From Truepera sp. (GTDB taxonomy: Bacteria > Deinococcota > Deinococci > Deinococcales > Trueperaceae), in contig CBDCKW010000009.1 of NCBI GenBank assembly GCA_965218435.1, positions 704,001 through 768,000 of the forward strand: a stretch of DNA of 64,000 bases. Reading direction: 5' to 3'. How positions within the stretch are numbered: position 1 is the first letter of the stretch; the number at the start of each line of letters is the position of its first letter. Position numbers and translations under genes: made by a program. Below the pieces are notes generated by a model. The model was not told the origin of the DNA and did not search any database. It saw nothing but the letters and a program-made list of their open reading frames with translations. Of this stretch, positions 53,270 through 63,127 are shown one piece after another.

Positions 53270-53983
53270 ATGAGCCGATTACACGAGCATGTACAACGAG
53301 TTGTTCATCAGGGCGACCGCGAAGCTGCTCGCTACGTCTTGCGCTACTACGCCGACCGCAAGGGCTGGACTGATGAGACCTTCCGAGCGCGGTGGGACGG
53401 GGTAGGCGCTTTACTTATGTGGTGGGACGCGCTTGACCCGACGTCGCGGCCTCCACTCGGCGCTTTAGACGGTGACGACGCTCGAGCCTTCCTCACTGAG
53501 CTAGAAGCTCGGGGCTTAGCCCGCACTACTATCCGAGGTTATCGGGCGGGAGCGCGTGCCCTTATTCGTGTCTTGAACGACTTCAGCACCATACCGACGG
53601 ATACAGCTGATCCGTTCAAAGATGTTGCCTTACTGCCGCCGAAGCGAATTTACAAGCTAGACCCAGCTTTGTTATCCCAACAAAAACCTCTAACTGCACT
53701 CAGGCTCGAGCTGCTCGTTGCCCTCTTAAACCTTGGTATGAGTGTGCCGGAAATCTGTTCATGCCGACGTTTTGACCTTGAACTCAAGCAGCGGCGTCTT
53801 CTTGGTTACAGAAAACGCAGTGTCAAACTAGGGGTTACGGCTCTAGTAGCATGTACCAAACTTACCGGTGCTAGACCTTTACAGAACGAACGGCCGTGGT
53901 CGCGGTTGTTAGGCTGGAACGCAGACACAGCAAGGCGACACCTGAAGGCGGTCGGTATGACGGCGGGCGGGCTCGGGCATTAA
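53270..53983 (+). CDS. Degenerate tyrosine recombinase-like protein (core-binding domain present, catalytic domain eroded)
   Basis: ARAFLTELEARGLARTTIRGYRAGARAL..DPF core-binding pattern. GMSVPEI replaces GxRxxE, and there is no HxLRH or catalytic Tyr. Confidence 0.6.
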   Translation: MSRLHEHVQRVVHQGDREAARYVLRYYADRKGWTDETFRARWDGVGALLMWWDALDPTSRPPLGALDGDDARAFLTELEARGLARTTIRGYRAGARALIRVLNDFSTIPTDTADPFKDVALLPPKRIYKLDPALLSQQKPLTALRLELLVALLNLGMSVPEICSCRRFDLELKQRRLLGYRKRSVKLGVTALVACTKLTGARPLQNERPWSRLLGWNADTARRHLKAVGMTAGGLGH

Positions 53984-54011
53984 AGCTAAAGTGTTAGAAA
54001 TGGCAACAAAA

Positions 54012-54635
54012 TCAGAATGGCTCCTCTGTACGGTGGCAAGACTTTTCTACTGTATCGCGGCCCTCTAATTCAGGTTGATGAAAGGTGAACCCGTCCTTTG
54101 CGATGAAGTTAGCAATCGCATGTAGTAGGGCACAAGTCTTTTCGGGTGAGGTATCGGGGGTAATGAAAACTCGCACGGCGTAAACGCTGGTCATCAACTC
54201 TTAGATAAGCCCGGTCAACATGCTGTCACCCTCCTAGTCCGGGCACATTGTATCGTCGTCTACTACGTTGGTAAACGCGTCAAACTGAAAGAAAGTTCGG
54301 AGATCACGCGCAACGTACTTACCAAGCAGTCTCTGTTTGAGTACGTCTTACAGTGCAGACATCTGAGGCATTAGGTCAATCAAGTTTTCAAGAACATCTA
54401 AACTCTTAGAATCAAACTTTTCTAACCGTTCGAAGAGGCGTTCCGAGTGATGTCTGTCATGATTAAGTCATTGCCCACCACTAAAGAGAGTACCGTAGCC
54501 TTGTAGCTGACTATTGAGCGCGGCGCGGCTAGTAAGCAGCTTTTCCTTTCGGTGTTGGGTAATCGTCTGCAGGTCAAACTTTGGGTATTTAATAGTTTGG
54601 ACAGTTCTGACATTCTGAACAGTTACAGTACTCAT
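54012..54635 (-). pseudogene. Decayed hypothetical gene with four in-frame stops
   Basis: One frame reads ..KQRLLGKYVARDLRTFFQFDAFTNVVDDDTMCPD*EGDSMLTGLI*ELMTSVYAVRVFITPDTS.., with stops at 54468, 54348, 54234 and 54201. Confidence 0.5.
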
Positions 54636-54946
54636 CAACGCGCTGTACAAACGGATAGCTCGGCTCGAGGATAGTAGCTAAATGACACTCTCGAACTGCT
54701 ACCGCTGTTTAGAATTGCCTTTTTAGATATTGACTGACGTAAAAAATAGTAATCACCGAATATGGGGCGTCCGCTAAAACCTCTTAGTAAACAGGCTAGC
54801 AATCTATTTTGCATACTTCGCGCCTAACACATAGCTGGGAGACGCTTTGACATAACCTCGGTTCAAACCATTCGTAAATCAACGCACTTAAAAGATTCAA
54901 GCTTAAGGAATAGCTAAACTGTCTCAAGCTCTCAAATGCTTCTTTT

Positions 54947-56449
54947 TCAGAGCGCAACGTGGGTAAGCTCGAGGAGATTCCCAACTTTGGCGAACAGCTC
55001 AGCGTTATGCCCGAGGGATAAGGCGCAGTGGTGCGTCGGCGCTTCGGCAAACCACCGTGTCATGTAGGTGTCGGGATGGTCCCTAAACTTTACCGGCGTT
55101 TGAGTATTACCAATTTGCATAATAGGTCCAGGTGTTGCTTCACCCTGACCACTGATAAGTTTTAACTTGCCCGCATAAGACTGCGTGACATTTAGCGTCG
55201 TGATAGGCCCTGAGCGAACTTTAGCTTCGACTGAGACGCCCACTCCTTGCTTACCGTGATAGAGCCCCATACCGCGCAAAATCGGTTTACCTTCAGCAAT
55301 CGCGATATGAAATGGCCCATCGTGACCGAGCAAGATAGTCTCATCAAGGTAGTCAACGACGACGATTTCTGAAAAGCTGCCTCCCACCTCTAAAGTGTCG
55401 CAGACTTTCATAGCTACGGCTGTTTTCAGGTCGCCTTCACCGGCACAAGGTATTCCTTTGGCCGTAAGGAGTGAGTGACCAACGATAAACCCTGCCTGGA
55501 CTCGCTCCTCTTCGCTGCCGGGCGCACCGTGACAGTAGTATGCGAGTGCGTCGAGGGCAAACGCTTGTACGAGCTTTTCCTGGGCTACAGCTACCTTACA
55601 CGACCACTCGAGCTGCTCTTCGGTCGGCCTTTTAGCCAGAGGATCGGCAGGCGAATCGCCACTCACTTCGAACATCTCGTAAACTTCGGAACGTTTGGCC
55701 TCTACCTCACGCGCGGTGACCTCACGTAGTAGGCGCGTTAAATCGCTCAGCTCGAGCACCTCAACGTGAATTCCCGTTTGTGCTTGGATCATCGTAAAAT
55801 CGCTGTACAGGTCAAGCATTCCGCTGTAGGTGTTACCCAAAAAGCCAAAGCGACTTTCTCTAAGCGTCCTTTTAACCGAAACGGCCTGCACCCATTCCCG
55901 TATTTCACGCCAAGCCCGCAGCGCCTCCGGGCGCTCATGGGTCACTTCATTAGCGAGTGAAGCTCTCGGTGTATAAGAGAGTCCTAATAGCCCGTTGACC
56001 ACTCGAAAAGGGATTCCCGCTCGCTCGAATGCGTTGGCAAACTCCGGCACCGGACACGCGACGCAGTAGGCTAGCCACTCTCCTGTGGTCGAGTGTTCGT
56101 AGTTGATTCGGGCGGTGGGTTGAAGGTTGAGGACGACTGCAGGAGCCGCACACCGCTGATGCACGGGTAGAACAGTCGAACTCGTTGCATAGGTCGCCGC
56201 ATGGCAAAAGACTAGATCGACATTTTGAGTATTCAGCCACTCCCCGGCCTCTCGCCCCGCCGCTTCGGTATCGACCAACCCGTAATTGAAAACCTCGCCC
56301 CACGCTGAAAGCTGCGTTTCGATGTGTTTGCCATATTCAGTCAGACGTTCGGCCAAGCCGGGAAACTGTGTCCAGTAGGCCTCAAGCCCTACTGAGTAAA
56401 GCCCAATCCGGGCGCACTTGGGTGGCTTGAGCGGGGCTAATCCGGTCAT
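54947..56449 (-). CDS. L-fucose/L-arabinose isomerase-family protein
   Basis: YSGMLDLYSD, CAGEGDLKTA, GSFSE, LLGHDGP and PTHHCAL. GGAGG RBS. Confidence 0.8.
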   Translation of the reverse strand: MTGLAPLKPPKCARIGLYSVGLEAYWTQFPGLAERLTEYGKHIETQLSAWGEVFNYGLVDTEAAGREAGEWLNTQNVDLVFCHAATYATSSTVLPVHQRCAAPAVVLNLQPTARINYEHSTTGEWLAYCVACPVPEFANAFERAGIPFRVVNGLLGLSYTPRASLANEVTHERPEALRAWREIREWVQAVSVKRTLRESRFGFLGNTYSGMLDLYSDFTMIQAQTGIHVEVLELSDLTRLLREVTAREVEAKRSEVYEMFEVSGDSPADPLAKRPTEEQLEWSCKVAVAQEKLVQAFALDALAYYCHGAPGSEEERVQAGFIVGHSLLTAKGIPCAGEGDLKTAVAMKVCDTLEVGGSFSEIVVVDYLDETILLGHDGPFHIAIAEGKPILRGMGLYHGKQGVGVSVEAKVRSGPITTLNVTQSYAGKLKLISGQGEATPGPIMQIGNTQTPVKFRDHPDTYMTRWFAEAPTHHCALSLGHNAELFAKVGNLLELTHVAL

Positions 56450-56506
56450 CTCTACCTCCAAAAAGGTTGAATGTAACAATTTCTAGTATAAAGTCACATC
56501 ACCATG

Positions 56507-56587
56507 TTGACAAACGGAAGATTATTTTAGTAAGCTAGCTCTCAGTTGATTACAGCTAGATAGCAGTTTCGTGCTGAAACGTTTTCT
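56507..56587 (+). promoter_or_regulatory. Promoter and LacI-type operator candidate for the sugar ABC operon
   Basis: TTGACA-N18-TAAGCT, and GAAACGTTT near 56576. Confidence 0.5.
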
Positions 56588-56731
56588 ACCGCTACCTCAC
56601 GTAAAACTGCTGTCGGCAAAGGGGGCTTGGCTTGGTCAAAAAAGCAGCTCTGAACCTTTGAAGTTTCCCTATTGCCTGTCGCGCTTAGCGGCAGTGTTTG
56701 TCCATCTCAAAGAACTGCTTAGGAGGATCGA

Positions 56732-58195
56732 ATGAAAAGGCACCTTGCTAAAGGTATTTCCCTAGGATTCGTCAGCTGCTTAATTTGGAGTGCGTCAGCC
56801 GTAGCGCAGGAGCAAAAACTTTCCGGTGAGCTTTCAGTTTACTTACAAGCTTATTATGACCCCACTAATGACCCCGAAACTGCCGAAATCGCGCGGCAGA
56901 TCGCTACCGAGTACGAAAAACTCCATCCGGATGTGACCATCAAACTGGTTGAAAACTTACCGGCGACTCAAGATTTGGAAACGTTCTTGGCGGCCCGAAT
57001 GTCAGCGGGCCAGTCGCCGGATATCATGTGGCAACAGTTCAGCACCCGCAACCTACGCGGTAGCAGCTGGTGGGTACCGCTCAATCCATATTTAAACATG
57101 CCTAACCCCTACATTGCCGAAGGAACGCCGGGACACGAGCAGTGGTCGGATTCACTGCCCAATTTTGTCCTGGCGCAGACCCGTGCGCCCGACGAAAACT
57201 GGTATCAGGTATCGCTCGACTGGGTAGAGACCGGCCTCTACTACAACAAAGCTATGTTTGAGAAAGCGGACATCAACCCTGAAAGTTGGACGAACTGGAG
57301 CGACTTCGTAAGCGATATGCGGTCACTGAGAGACGCTACTGGCGCAGACCCACTCGGTATGTTTATAAAACAGCAGGGCTGGTCGAACTGGTGGTGGGCG
57401 GACGATACTTTGCTTACAGCGGCGTGGGCTGATCAGGCCGACACCTTTTACATGAAAAAATATGACGACGCCGAGCGGCCCTGGCGACAACTGGCAGCTG
57501 AAGAGATCGCCAAAGCTATTCTCGACGGCAAGCTTGACGCGACCGACGCCCGAATGGACGACTACTTAAGAATGTCAAAAGAGTTTGTCGAGCTGTTTCC
57601 TATTGACTATGCAGGAATTCCCTCGGCCGACGATCTGGACCCGCTATTCTTCGGTGAGCAGGTTGCTTCTGTCTGGGCTGGAACTTGGAAAACCAAGCTT
57701 TACGCTAATTCCGTGCCGTTTGACTACGGCGTTACCTATCTACCGCCAATTACCAAAGCCGATACACCCCACGCTCAAGGTACGGCGTACCGAGTCGGTG
57801 GTCCAAGCAGTGCGGGACAGTACGGTATTGCGCAGTCCGCGGCTGAAAACGGCAAACTGGACCTTGCGGCGGACTTTTTGATGTTCGTCTCTGCCCCGCA
57901 AAATTTTGGTCGCTTGGCTGCTAGCTATGCGGGCTTTATCCCGATGGTTGCAGGCACTAAGACGGGTGCAGTAATGAGTGGATTTCAAAACATTGCCGAG
58001 TTACCCGAGCGCCTTTTTACCGATCCTGACGGGCGTTTGACGCTCGAGTCAGGCGACGCCTGGTCGCAAGCGATGCAGGCTTACTTTCTCGGCGCAGCCG
58101 ATGAAGAAGAGACAAAAAACCAACTTCAGGAAATCTGGGTCAGCGGCGCGAACGATCTCTGCGAGCAGCAAAACTTTGAGTGGTGCCCCAACTAA
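56732..58195 (+). CDS. Carbohydrate ABC substrate-binding protein
   Basis: Signal peptide, EYEKLHPDVTIK, SPDI and GLYYNKAMFEKA. Confidence 0.88.
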   Translation: MKRHLAKGISLGFVSCLIWSASAVAQEQKLSGELSVYLQAYYDPTNDPETAEIARQIATEYEKLHPDVTIKLVENLPATQDLETFLAARMSAGQSPDIMWQQFSTRNLRGSSWWVPLNPYLNMPNPYIAEGTPGHEQWSDSLPNFVLAQTRAPDENWYQVSLDWVETGLYYNKAMFEKADINPESWTNWSDFVSDMRSLRDATGADPLGMFIKQQGWSNWWWADDTLLTAAWADQADTFYMKKYDDAERPWRQLAAEEIAKAILDGKLDATDARMDDYLRMSKEFVELFPIDYAGIPSADDLDPLFFGEQVASVWAGTWKTKLYANSVPFDYGVTYLPPITKADTPHAQGTAYRVGGPSSAGQYGIAQSAAENGKLDLAADFLMFVSAPQNFGRLAASYAGFIPMVAGTKTGAVMSGFQNIAELPERLFTDPDGRLTLESGDAWSQAMQAYFLGAADEEETKNQLQEIWVSGANDLCEQQNFEWCPN

Positions 58196-58211
58196 CGTAA
58201 ACTACGGGGTA

Positions 58212-58239
58212 AAGAGGACACGCCTAAACGTGTCCTCTT
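58212..58239 (+). terminator. Stem-loop after the sugar SBP gene
   Basis: AAGAGGACACG-cctaaa-CGTGTCCTCTT followed by a pyrimidine-rich tract. Confidence 0.7.
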
Positions 58240-58329
58240 CGTCTTTTGCTTTTCTAATCCGGTAGTGCTCAATCTATTACGCCCACACATAAGAACGTTC
58301 AAGCCTGCGGTGAGTTTGGAGATTGTATT

Positions 58330-59268
58330 GTGGCAACCCAGCTAGGCAATAAGGTTTCACAGTCCGGGGTAAAGCGTAAGCGTGCAGGAGGCGCGTATAT
58401 TCCGTACCTGTTTTTGCTGCCAGCTTTGGCCCTACTTATCTGGTTCAGGTATACCCCGGCTTTTTCAGCAGTGTATCACTCGTTTACCGACTGGAACGGC
58501 TCACCAGGGGCTAACTTCGTAGGGCTCGAGCAGTACCGGGCGCTCCTTAGTGACGGTATCTTTCTCCAATCGCTGCGAAACATCTTTATCTACACCTTAG
58601 CGCGCACCGTTATCAGTACCGCGATGGCGCTGCTCGGCGCTGAACTCATCTACAACTTGCGTAGCGTCGGGGCCGGAACGTTTTGGCGGATGGTGTTTAC
58701 CGTCCCACTGGTTATTCCTGCAACCGTCATCTTTTTAGTTTGGCAGCGTATTTATTCGGGGCGGCTAGGGCTCCTCAACGAGTTTCTAAAAGCCGTCGGA
58801 CTTTCGCAGTGGGTTCAACCTTGGATTGGTCAGACTAATACCGCGCTCTTGGCGCTCATCCTGATCGGCTTTCCGCTAGTCACCGGGGTGGCGTTTCTGG
58901 TTCTGCTGGCGGCACTGCAAAACCTGCCGAGTTCTATCGGCGAAGCCGCCCTGCTCGACGGCTGTAGCGGTCTTCGGCGCGTCTTCGCTATCGATCTGCC
59001 GTCTATTCGCGGCCCGCTTGCCCTCGTAATCATTCTAGGTATCAACGCCGGATTGCAAGAGTTTGCCCCGATGCTGATCGTCACCGGGGGCGGCGGGCCG
59101 ATCAACGCTACCCAGTCGCCTGGGCTTTACCTTTACCAGCAGGCCATCGCCTACGGCAAATACGGTTACGCGACTGCTATCGGTACGGTGCTGATGCTTC
59201 TCACGCTGGCGTTCAGCTGGTTTATTCTCCGCTCGAGATATAGAGGAGCCCACGATGTCACTGTCTAA
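58330..59268 (+). CDS. Carbohydrate ABC permease (MalF-like)
   Basis: FLLPAL, NFVGLEQY and EAALLDG motif. Confidence 0.9.
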   Translation: MATQLGNKVSQSGVKRKRAGGAYIPYLFLLPALALLIWFRYTPAFSAVYHSFTDWNGSPGANFVGLEQYRALLSDGIFLQSLRNIFIYTLARTVISTAMALLGAELIYNLRSVGAGTFWRMVFTVPLVIPATVIFLVWQRIYSGRLGLLNEFLKAVGLSQWVQPWIGQTNTALLALILIGFPLVTGVAFLVLLAALQNLPSSIGEAALLDGCSGLRRVFAIDLPSIRGPLALVIILGINAGLQEFAPMLIVTGGGGPINATQSPGLYLYQQAIAYGKYGYATAIGTVLMLLTLAFSWFILRSRYRGAHDVTV

Positions 59269-60127
59269 ACCCGTGCCTACCAAATCCGTGGTGAATAAGC
59301 CACCCACGCGGCGCTCGAGCGTTCAACGTAAAGACCTACCGCTCAACCTGATACTGCTTTTTTTAGCCCTGCTGACCTACATCCCCTTTATCTCGATTCT
59401 TATCAACTCATTCAAGGACGCACGGCAGTTTTTCACCCAGTTCTGGCTCCCGGCGTTTCCGCTACACCTCGAGAACTACATCAAAGCCTGGCCGATCATC
59501 TTTAGGAGCATCTTAAACAGCGCGGTGTACTCGGTACCGACCGTGATTCTAGTCGTGTTGCTCTCGGGCTTAGCCGGGTACGCCTTTGCCCGTTACCGCT
59601 TTTGGGGCCGTGAATTTCTTTTTCTCGCGATGCTGATTCTTATCATGCTGCCCGGTATCTTGCTGGTCATCCCGATGTTCGCGCAGATAGTGGGACTAGG
59701 TTGGGTCAACACCCCACAAGCCATCGTCTTGCCTTGGGCGGCGGTACAGATACCCTTCAGCGTCTACCTGATGCGCACCTTTTTTGAAACGTTGCCTACC
59801 GAATACTTCGAGGCTGCCCGCCTTGACGGGGCCAACGACCTGCAGCTCTTTTTGCGGGTCGCCGTGCCGCTAGCTCTCCCCGCGCTGAGCACCGTCGGTA
59901 TCCTGACCTTACTTTTCACTTGGAACGATATCATCTGGCCGCTCATCGTCATTTTCGAACGCGACCTGCAACCGATTTCTATCGGCGTGCTCTCGTTTAG
60001 CGGTTCGTTCAGTACCGACTACGGCACCTCGTTCGCCGGTTATGTATTGGCCTCGCTGCCGCTGATCATCCTCTTTTCGTTTGCCTCGAGGCGTTTTATG
60101 GCCGGGTTGCAGGGCGGCATAGGGTAG
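59255..60127 (+). CDS. Carbohydrate ABC permease (MalG-like)
   Basis: AGYAFAR, EAARLDGA and WNDIIWP. Confidence 0.9.
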   Translation: MSLSKPVPTKSVVNKPPTRRSSVQRKDLPLNLILLFLALLTYIPFISILINSFKDARQFFTQFWLPAFPLHLENYIKAWPIIFRSILNSAVYSVPTVILVVLLSGLAGYAFARYRFWGREFLFLAMLILIMLPGILLVIPMFAQIVGLGWVNTPQAIVLPWAAVQIPFSVYLMRTFFETLPTEYFEAARLDGANDLQLFLRVAVPLALPALSTVGILTLLFTWNDIIWPLIVIFERDLQPISIGVLSFSGSFSTDYGTSFAGYVLASLPLIILFSFASRRFMAGLQGGIG

Positions 60128-63127
60128 GTGATAATGGCTACCGCAAACTCAGGCTTTTCTGCTAAAAGTCAGTGGCTCTGGGGACAAGACGACACGTCCG
60201 AGCAAAACGTCTGGCGTTACTTCCGGCGAACGTTTACAGGGCCGACAACAGGCGTAGCAGCGACCTTACTGATAACTGCTGATTCGCGCTATGAACTTTA
60301 CGTCAACGGCGAGAAGCTCGGACGCGGCCCGGCGCGGGGTTTCCCGTTTCACTACCATTACGACCTCTACGATGTGACGCCCTACCTAAAGCCGGGACAA
60401 GTTAATGTGTTAGCCGTCCTCGCTAACTACCTCGGCGACCCGACCTTTGGCTATATCGTCGGACGTCCCGGCTTCTTGTGCGAGCTGCGGCTGGGTGACG
60501 CTGAAGAGCCTTACGTCTTATCGGATGAAACTTGGCGTACAAAACGCTGTGATGCTTTCCACCAAGCGGTGCCGCGTATCTCGCTGCAACTTGAGTTCGA
60601 AGAGCAGTTTGACGCGCGCCTCGAAGCGTCAGGTTGGCAAACTTTGGATTACGACGACAGCGACTGGGACGAGGCGACACTGCAAGGAGTGTATGGTTCA
60701 GAACCCTGGGGCGACCTCTACGCGCGTCCGATCTCACAGCTTACCGACGATACGGTTTCGCCCGTGGAGGTCAAAGCCACCGAACTCGCCAGAATCAAAA
60801 AAGGCACACTTCACTATCTCGATTTGCGAAAGCTCACGGGTGCAACCGACTTAGGGATGACCGCCGGGGTTCCAAGTAAACGCGGACGCATCGTCTTTAG
60901 CGAACTCACCGTCGAACGGGCTTGTACGCTTACAGTCTACACCTTCGGTAACTACGAGCACATCCGTCTGCGCGTCAACGACGAAGTGTTCGGCGACGAC
61001 CCCGAGCCGCCGGACGTGACCCAAGGCTGGCGAGTAGAGCTGCACGCCGGGCGCAACCTGCTGATGACTCGGGACGTTCAGTGGCCCGCCTTTTTCTTCG
61101 TCTGCGAGAGAACGTTTACGATTTCTGCTGAGCGCCTGTTACCCGGTGCGGACTGGGCATTTCTCGGTGACCTAGATGAGAACAGCGGCGAGGCCGAGCG
61201 TTACTGGGGTGTTCCTAACCTAGAAGCGGTTGACCGCCGGGATGCGTGGCTACCTGTCAGAGTGGACAGAGACTACATTGACGTCGCGCTTCTTACTGCA
61301 ACGCAAGACTTTTACGCCAGCCCACAGGGTTTTTGTAGCTACGACATTACGAGAGCAACGCCTCGTCCCCTGCTCGACACAAACCGTGACCTTGTAAACG
61401 CACCACAGGCGCTGCTACACGATGACGCCACCTGGACGACGCTTTATCCGCAAGAAGACGCCGACGTGCATCTAGTCATCGACTTCGGGCGCGAGCTGAT
61501 CGGGCATCTGCACCTCGACCTCGAAGCTTCTGAAGGCACGATCCTCGATCTCAATTTTTTCGAGGGCATTGACGACGGCGGCCTGTTCTTTATGAGCCGA
61601 ACTCGTAATAGTCTGCGCTATACCTGCCGCGCGGGTCGGCAAACCTTCACCTCACACCAGCGGCGCGGCTTTCGCTACCTCTCGCTCACCGTCCGGCAAC
61701 TCAGCGCGCCGCTCAAACTTCGTTATCTGAGTACCGACTTGAGCACCTATCCCGTGGCGCAAACGGGACATTTTGCCTGCTCAGACGACGCCCTTACCAA
61801 GATTTGGGAGGTCGCGGCCTACACCGTGCAACTCTGTATGCTCGACACCTACGTGGACTGCCCCGCCTACGAGCAGGCCTACTGGGTCGGCGACGCTCGC
61901 AACAGCGCCCTCGTCAACGCGGTGGCGTTCGGCGCGTTCGACCTGACTGAACACTGCGTGCGTTTAGCAGGGCAGTCACTCTCCGACGAGATGTGCGTCG
62001 TGAAACCAGCGCACCTCGAGCGCCCACATCTGGTGACCTCGCACGTGGTGAGCGGCTGGTTCAACGAAATCCCGATGTGGACGTTTTTGTGGGTTTGGAT
62101 GGCGTGGGAGCATTACTTATATACCGGTGAAGCGTCAGCGTTGCGCGACTATTACGCCGATGTCCGGGAGTGTTTAGGGCGCTGCGAAGGGTTTTTAAGC
62201 CCGCGTGACCTCTTCGCTATCCCCGACGTGTGGAACCTGGTTGACTGGGCCGCGCAAGATTTGGAGCCCTACGGTGAAGTCGTCAGCAATACCGTCTTGT
62301 TCGCTCAGAGCTGCCGGGTTGCAGCTCAGATGGCAAAAAAACTTGACCATCCAGGAGACGCCGAGCACTTTACCGCGTTAGGAAAACGCCTAGACCGGGC
62401 AGTCAACGTCTATGGCTGGTCCGAGACGCACCAGGGTTACGTCGATACGGTTAGAGATGAAGAGGCGTTCGCAGCTTACCAAGCGCGGTGCGCCGAAAAC
62501 GGGACGACGCCGGACAGCCAAGAAGATTTTCAGTCCAAAACACGCATCAGCGAACCAACGAACACTTTGGCGCTCCTTTGCGGCGCGGTTCCGGCGGAAC
62601 GCCGCGAGGCTGTCTTAAAGTTCGTGCTGGCAGCTAAAGACGGTAAGTTTGTCGGGACCAGTCCGGAGTTTGCCCGCTACGGCAGCACCGATGACATCGT
62701 GCCTGTCGGTAGCCCCTGGTTTTTATTTTTTACCCTCGAGACCCTCTTCAACGAGGGCTACGCCGAAGACGCGATGACAATTTTGAAAGCCCAGTGGCAA
62801 CGGATGCTCGACAAGGGTGCGACCACCTTTTGGGAAACATTCCCCGGTACTCTCGGCGGCGGGCACTGGAGCCGCAGTCTCTGCCACGGCTGGTCGGCGG
62901 CTCCCGCTTATTTTTTAAGCACCCAGGTGTTGGGCGTTACCCCCACGGCTCCCGGCTACCGCAAGGTGCGGATTGCCCCGCGCGCGTTTCACCTGAGCTG
63001 GGCGCGCGGTCAAGTTCCTACCCCGCTCGGCCCCATCTACGTCGCGTGGGAACTGGGCGATGACGGCAACATGCGGCTCGAGTATGACGCCCCGGCAGCG
63101 TGTGAGGTTGACGTTTCTTATGCTTGA
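60128..63127 (+). CDS. Alpha-L-rhamnosidase-like glycoside hydrolase (GH78)
   Basis: ITADSRYELYVNG, DFGREL, GFRY, DCPAYEQAYWVGD, GATTFWE and SLCHGW. Confidence 0.88.
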   Translation: MIMATANSGFSAKSQWLWGQDDTSEQNVWRYFRRTFTGPTTGVAATLLITADSRYELYVNGEKLGRGPARGFPFHYHYDLYDVTPYLKPGQVNVLAVLANYLGDPTFGYIVGRPGFLCELRLGDAEEPYVLSDETWRTKRCDAFHQAVPRISLQLEFEEQFDARLEASGWQTLDYDDSDWDEATLQGVYGSEPWGDLYARPISQLTDDTVSPVEVKATELARIKKGTLHYLDLRKLTGATDLGMTAGVPSKRGRIVFSELTVERACTLTVYTFGNYEHIRLRVNDEVFGDDPEPPDVTQGWRVELHAGRNLLMTRDVQWPAFFFVCERTFTISAERLLPGADWAFLGDLDENSGEAERYWGVPNLEAVDRRDAWLPVRVDRDYIDVALLTATQDFYASPQGFCSYDITRATPRPLLDTNRDLVNAPQALLHDDATWTTLYPQEDADVHLVIDFGRELIGHLHLDLEASEGTILDLNFFEGIDDGGLFFMSRTRNSLRYTCRAGRQTFTSHQRRGFRYLSLTVRQLSAPLKLRYLSTDLSTYPVAQTGHFACSDDALTKIWEVAAYTVQLCMLDTYVDCPAYEQAYWVGDARNSALVNAVAFGAFDLTEHCVRLAGQSLSDEMCVVKPAHLERPHLVTSHVVSGWFNEIPMWTFLWVWMAWEHYLYTGEASALRDYYADVRECLGRCEGFLSPRDLFAIPDVWNLVDWAAQDLEPYGEVVSNTVLFAQSCRVAAQMAKKLDHPGDAEHFTALGKRLDRAVNVYGWSETHQGYVDTVRDEEAFAAYQARCAENGTTPDSQEDFQSKTRISEPTNTLALLCGAVPAERREAVLKFVLAAKDGKFVGTSPEFARYGSTDDIVPVGSPWFLFFTLETLFNEGYAEDAMTILKAQWQRMLDKGATTFWETFPGTLGGGHWSRSLCHGWSAAPAYFLSTQVLGVTPTAPGYRKVRIAPRAFHLSWARGQVPTPLGPIYVAWELGDDGNMRLEYDAPAACEVDVSYA

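Noticed and set aside
54012..54635. Stop-codon recoding as the explanation for the in-frame stops
   Set aside because: All three stop types occur, and other genes in the window use the standard code.
45000..54950. Intact integrative element with att sites around the defence region
   Set aside because: I found no duplicated tRNA 3' end or flanking direct repeat by eye, and the recombinase lacks catalytic residues.
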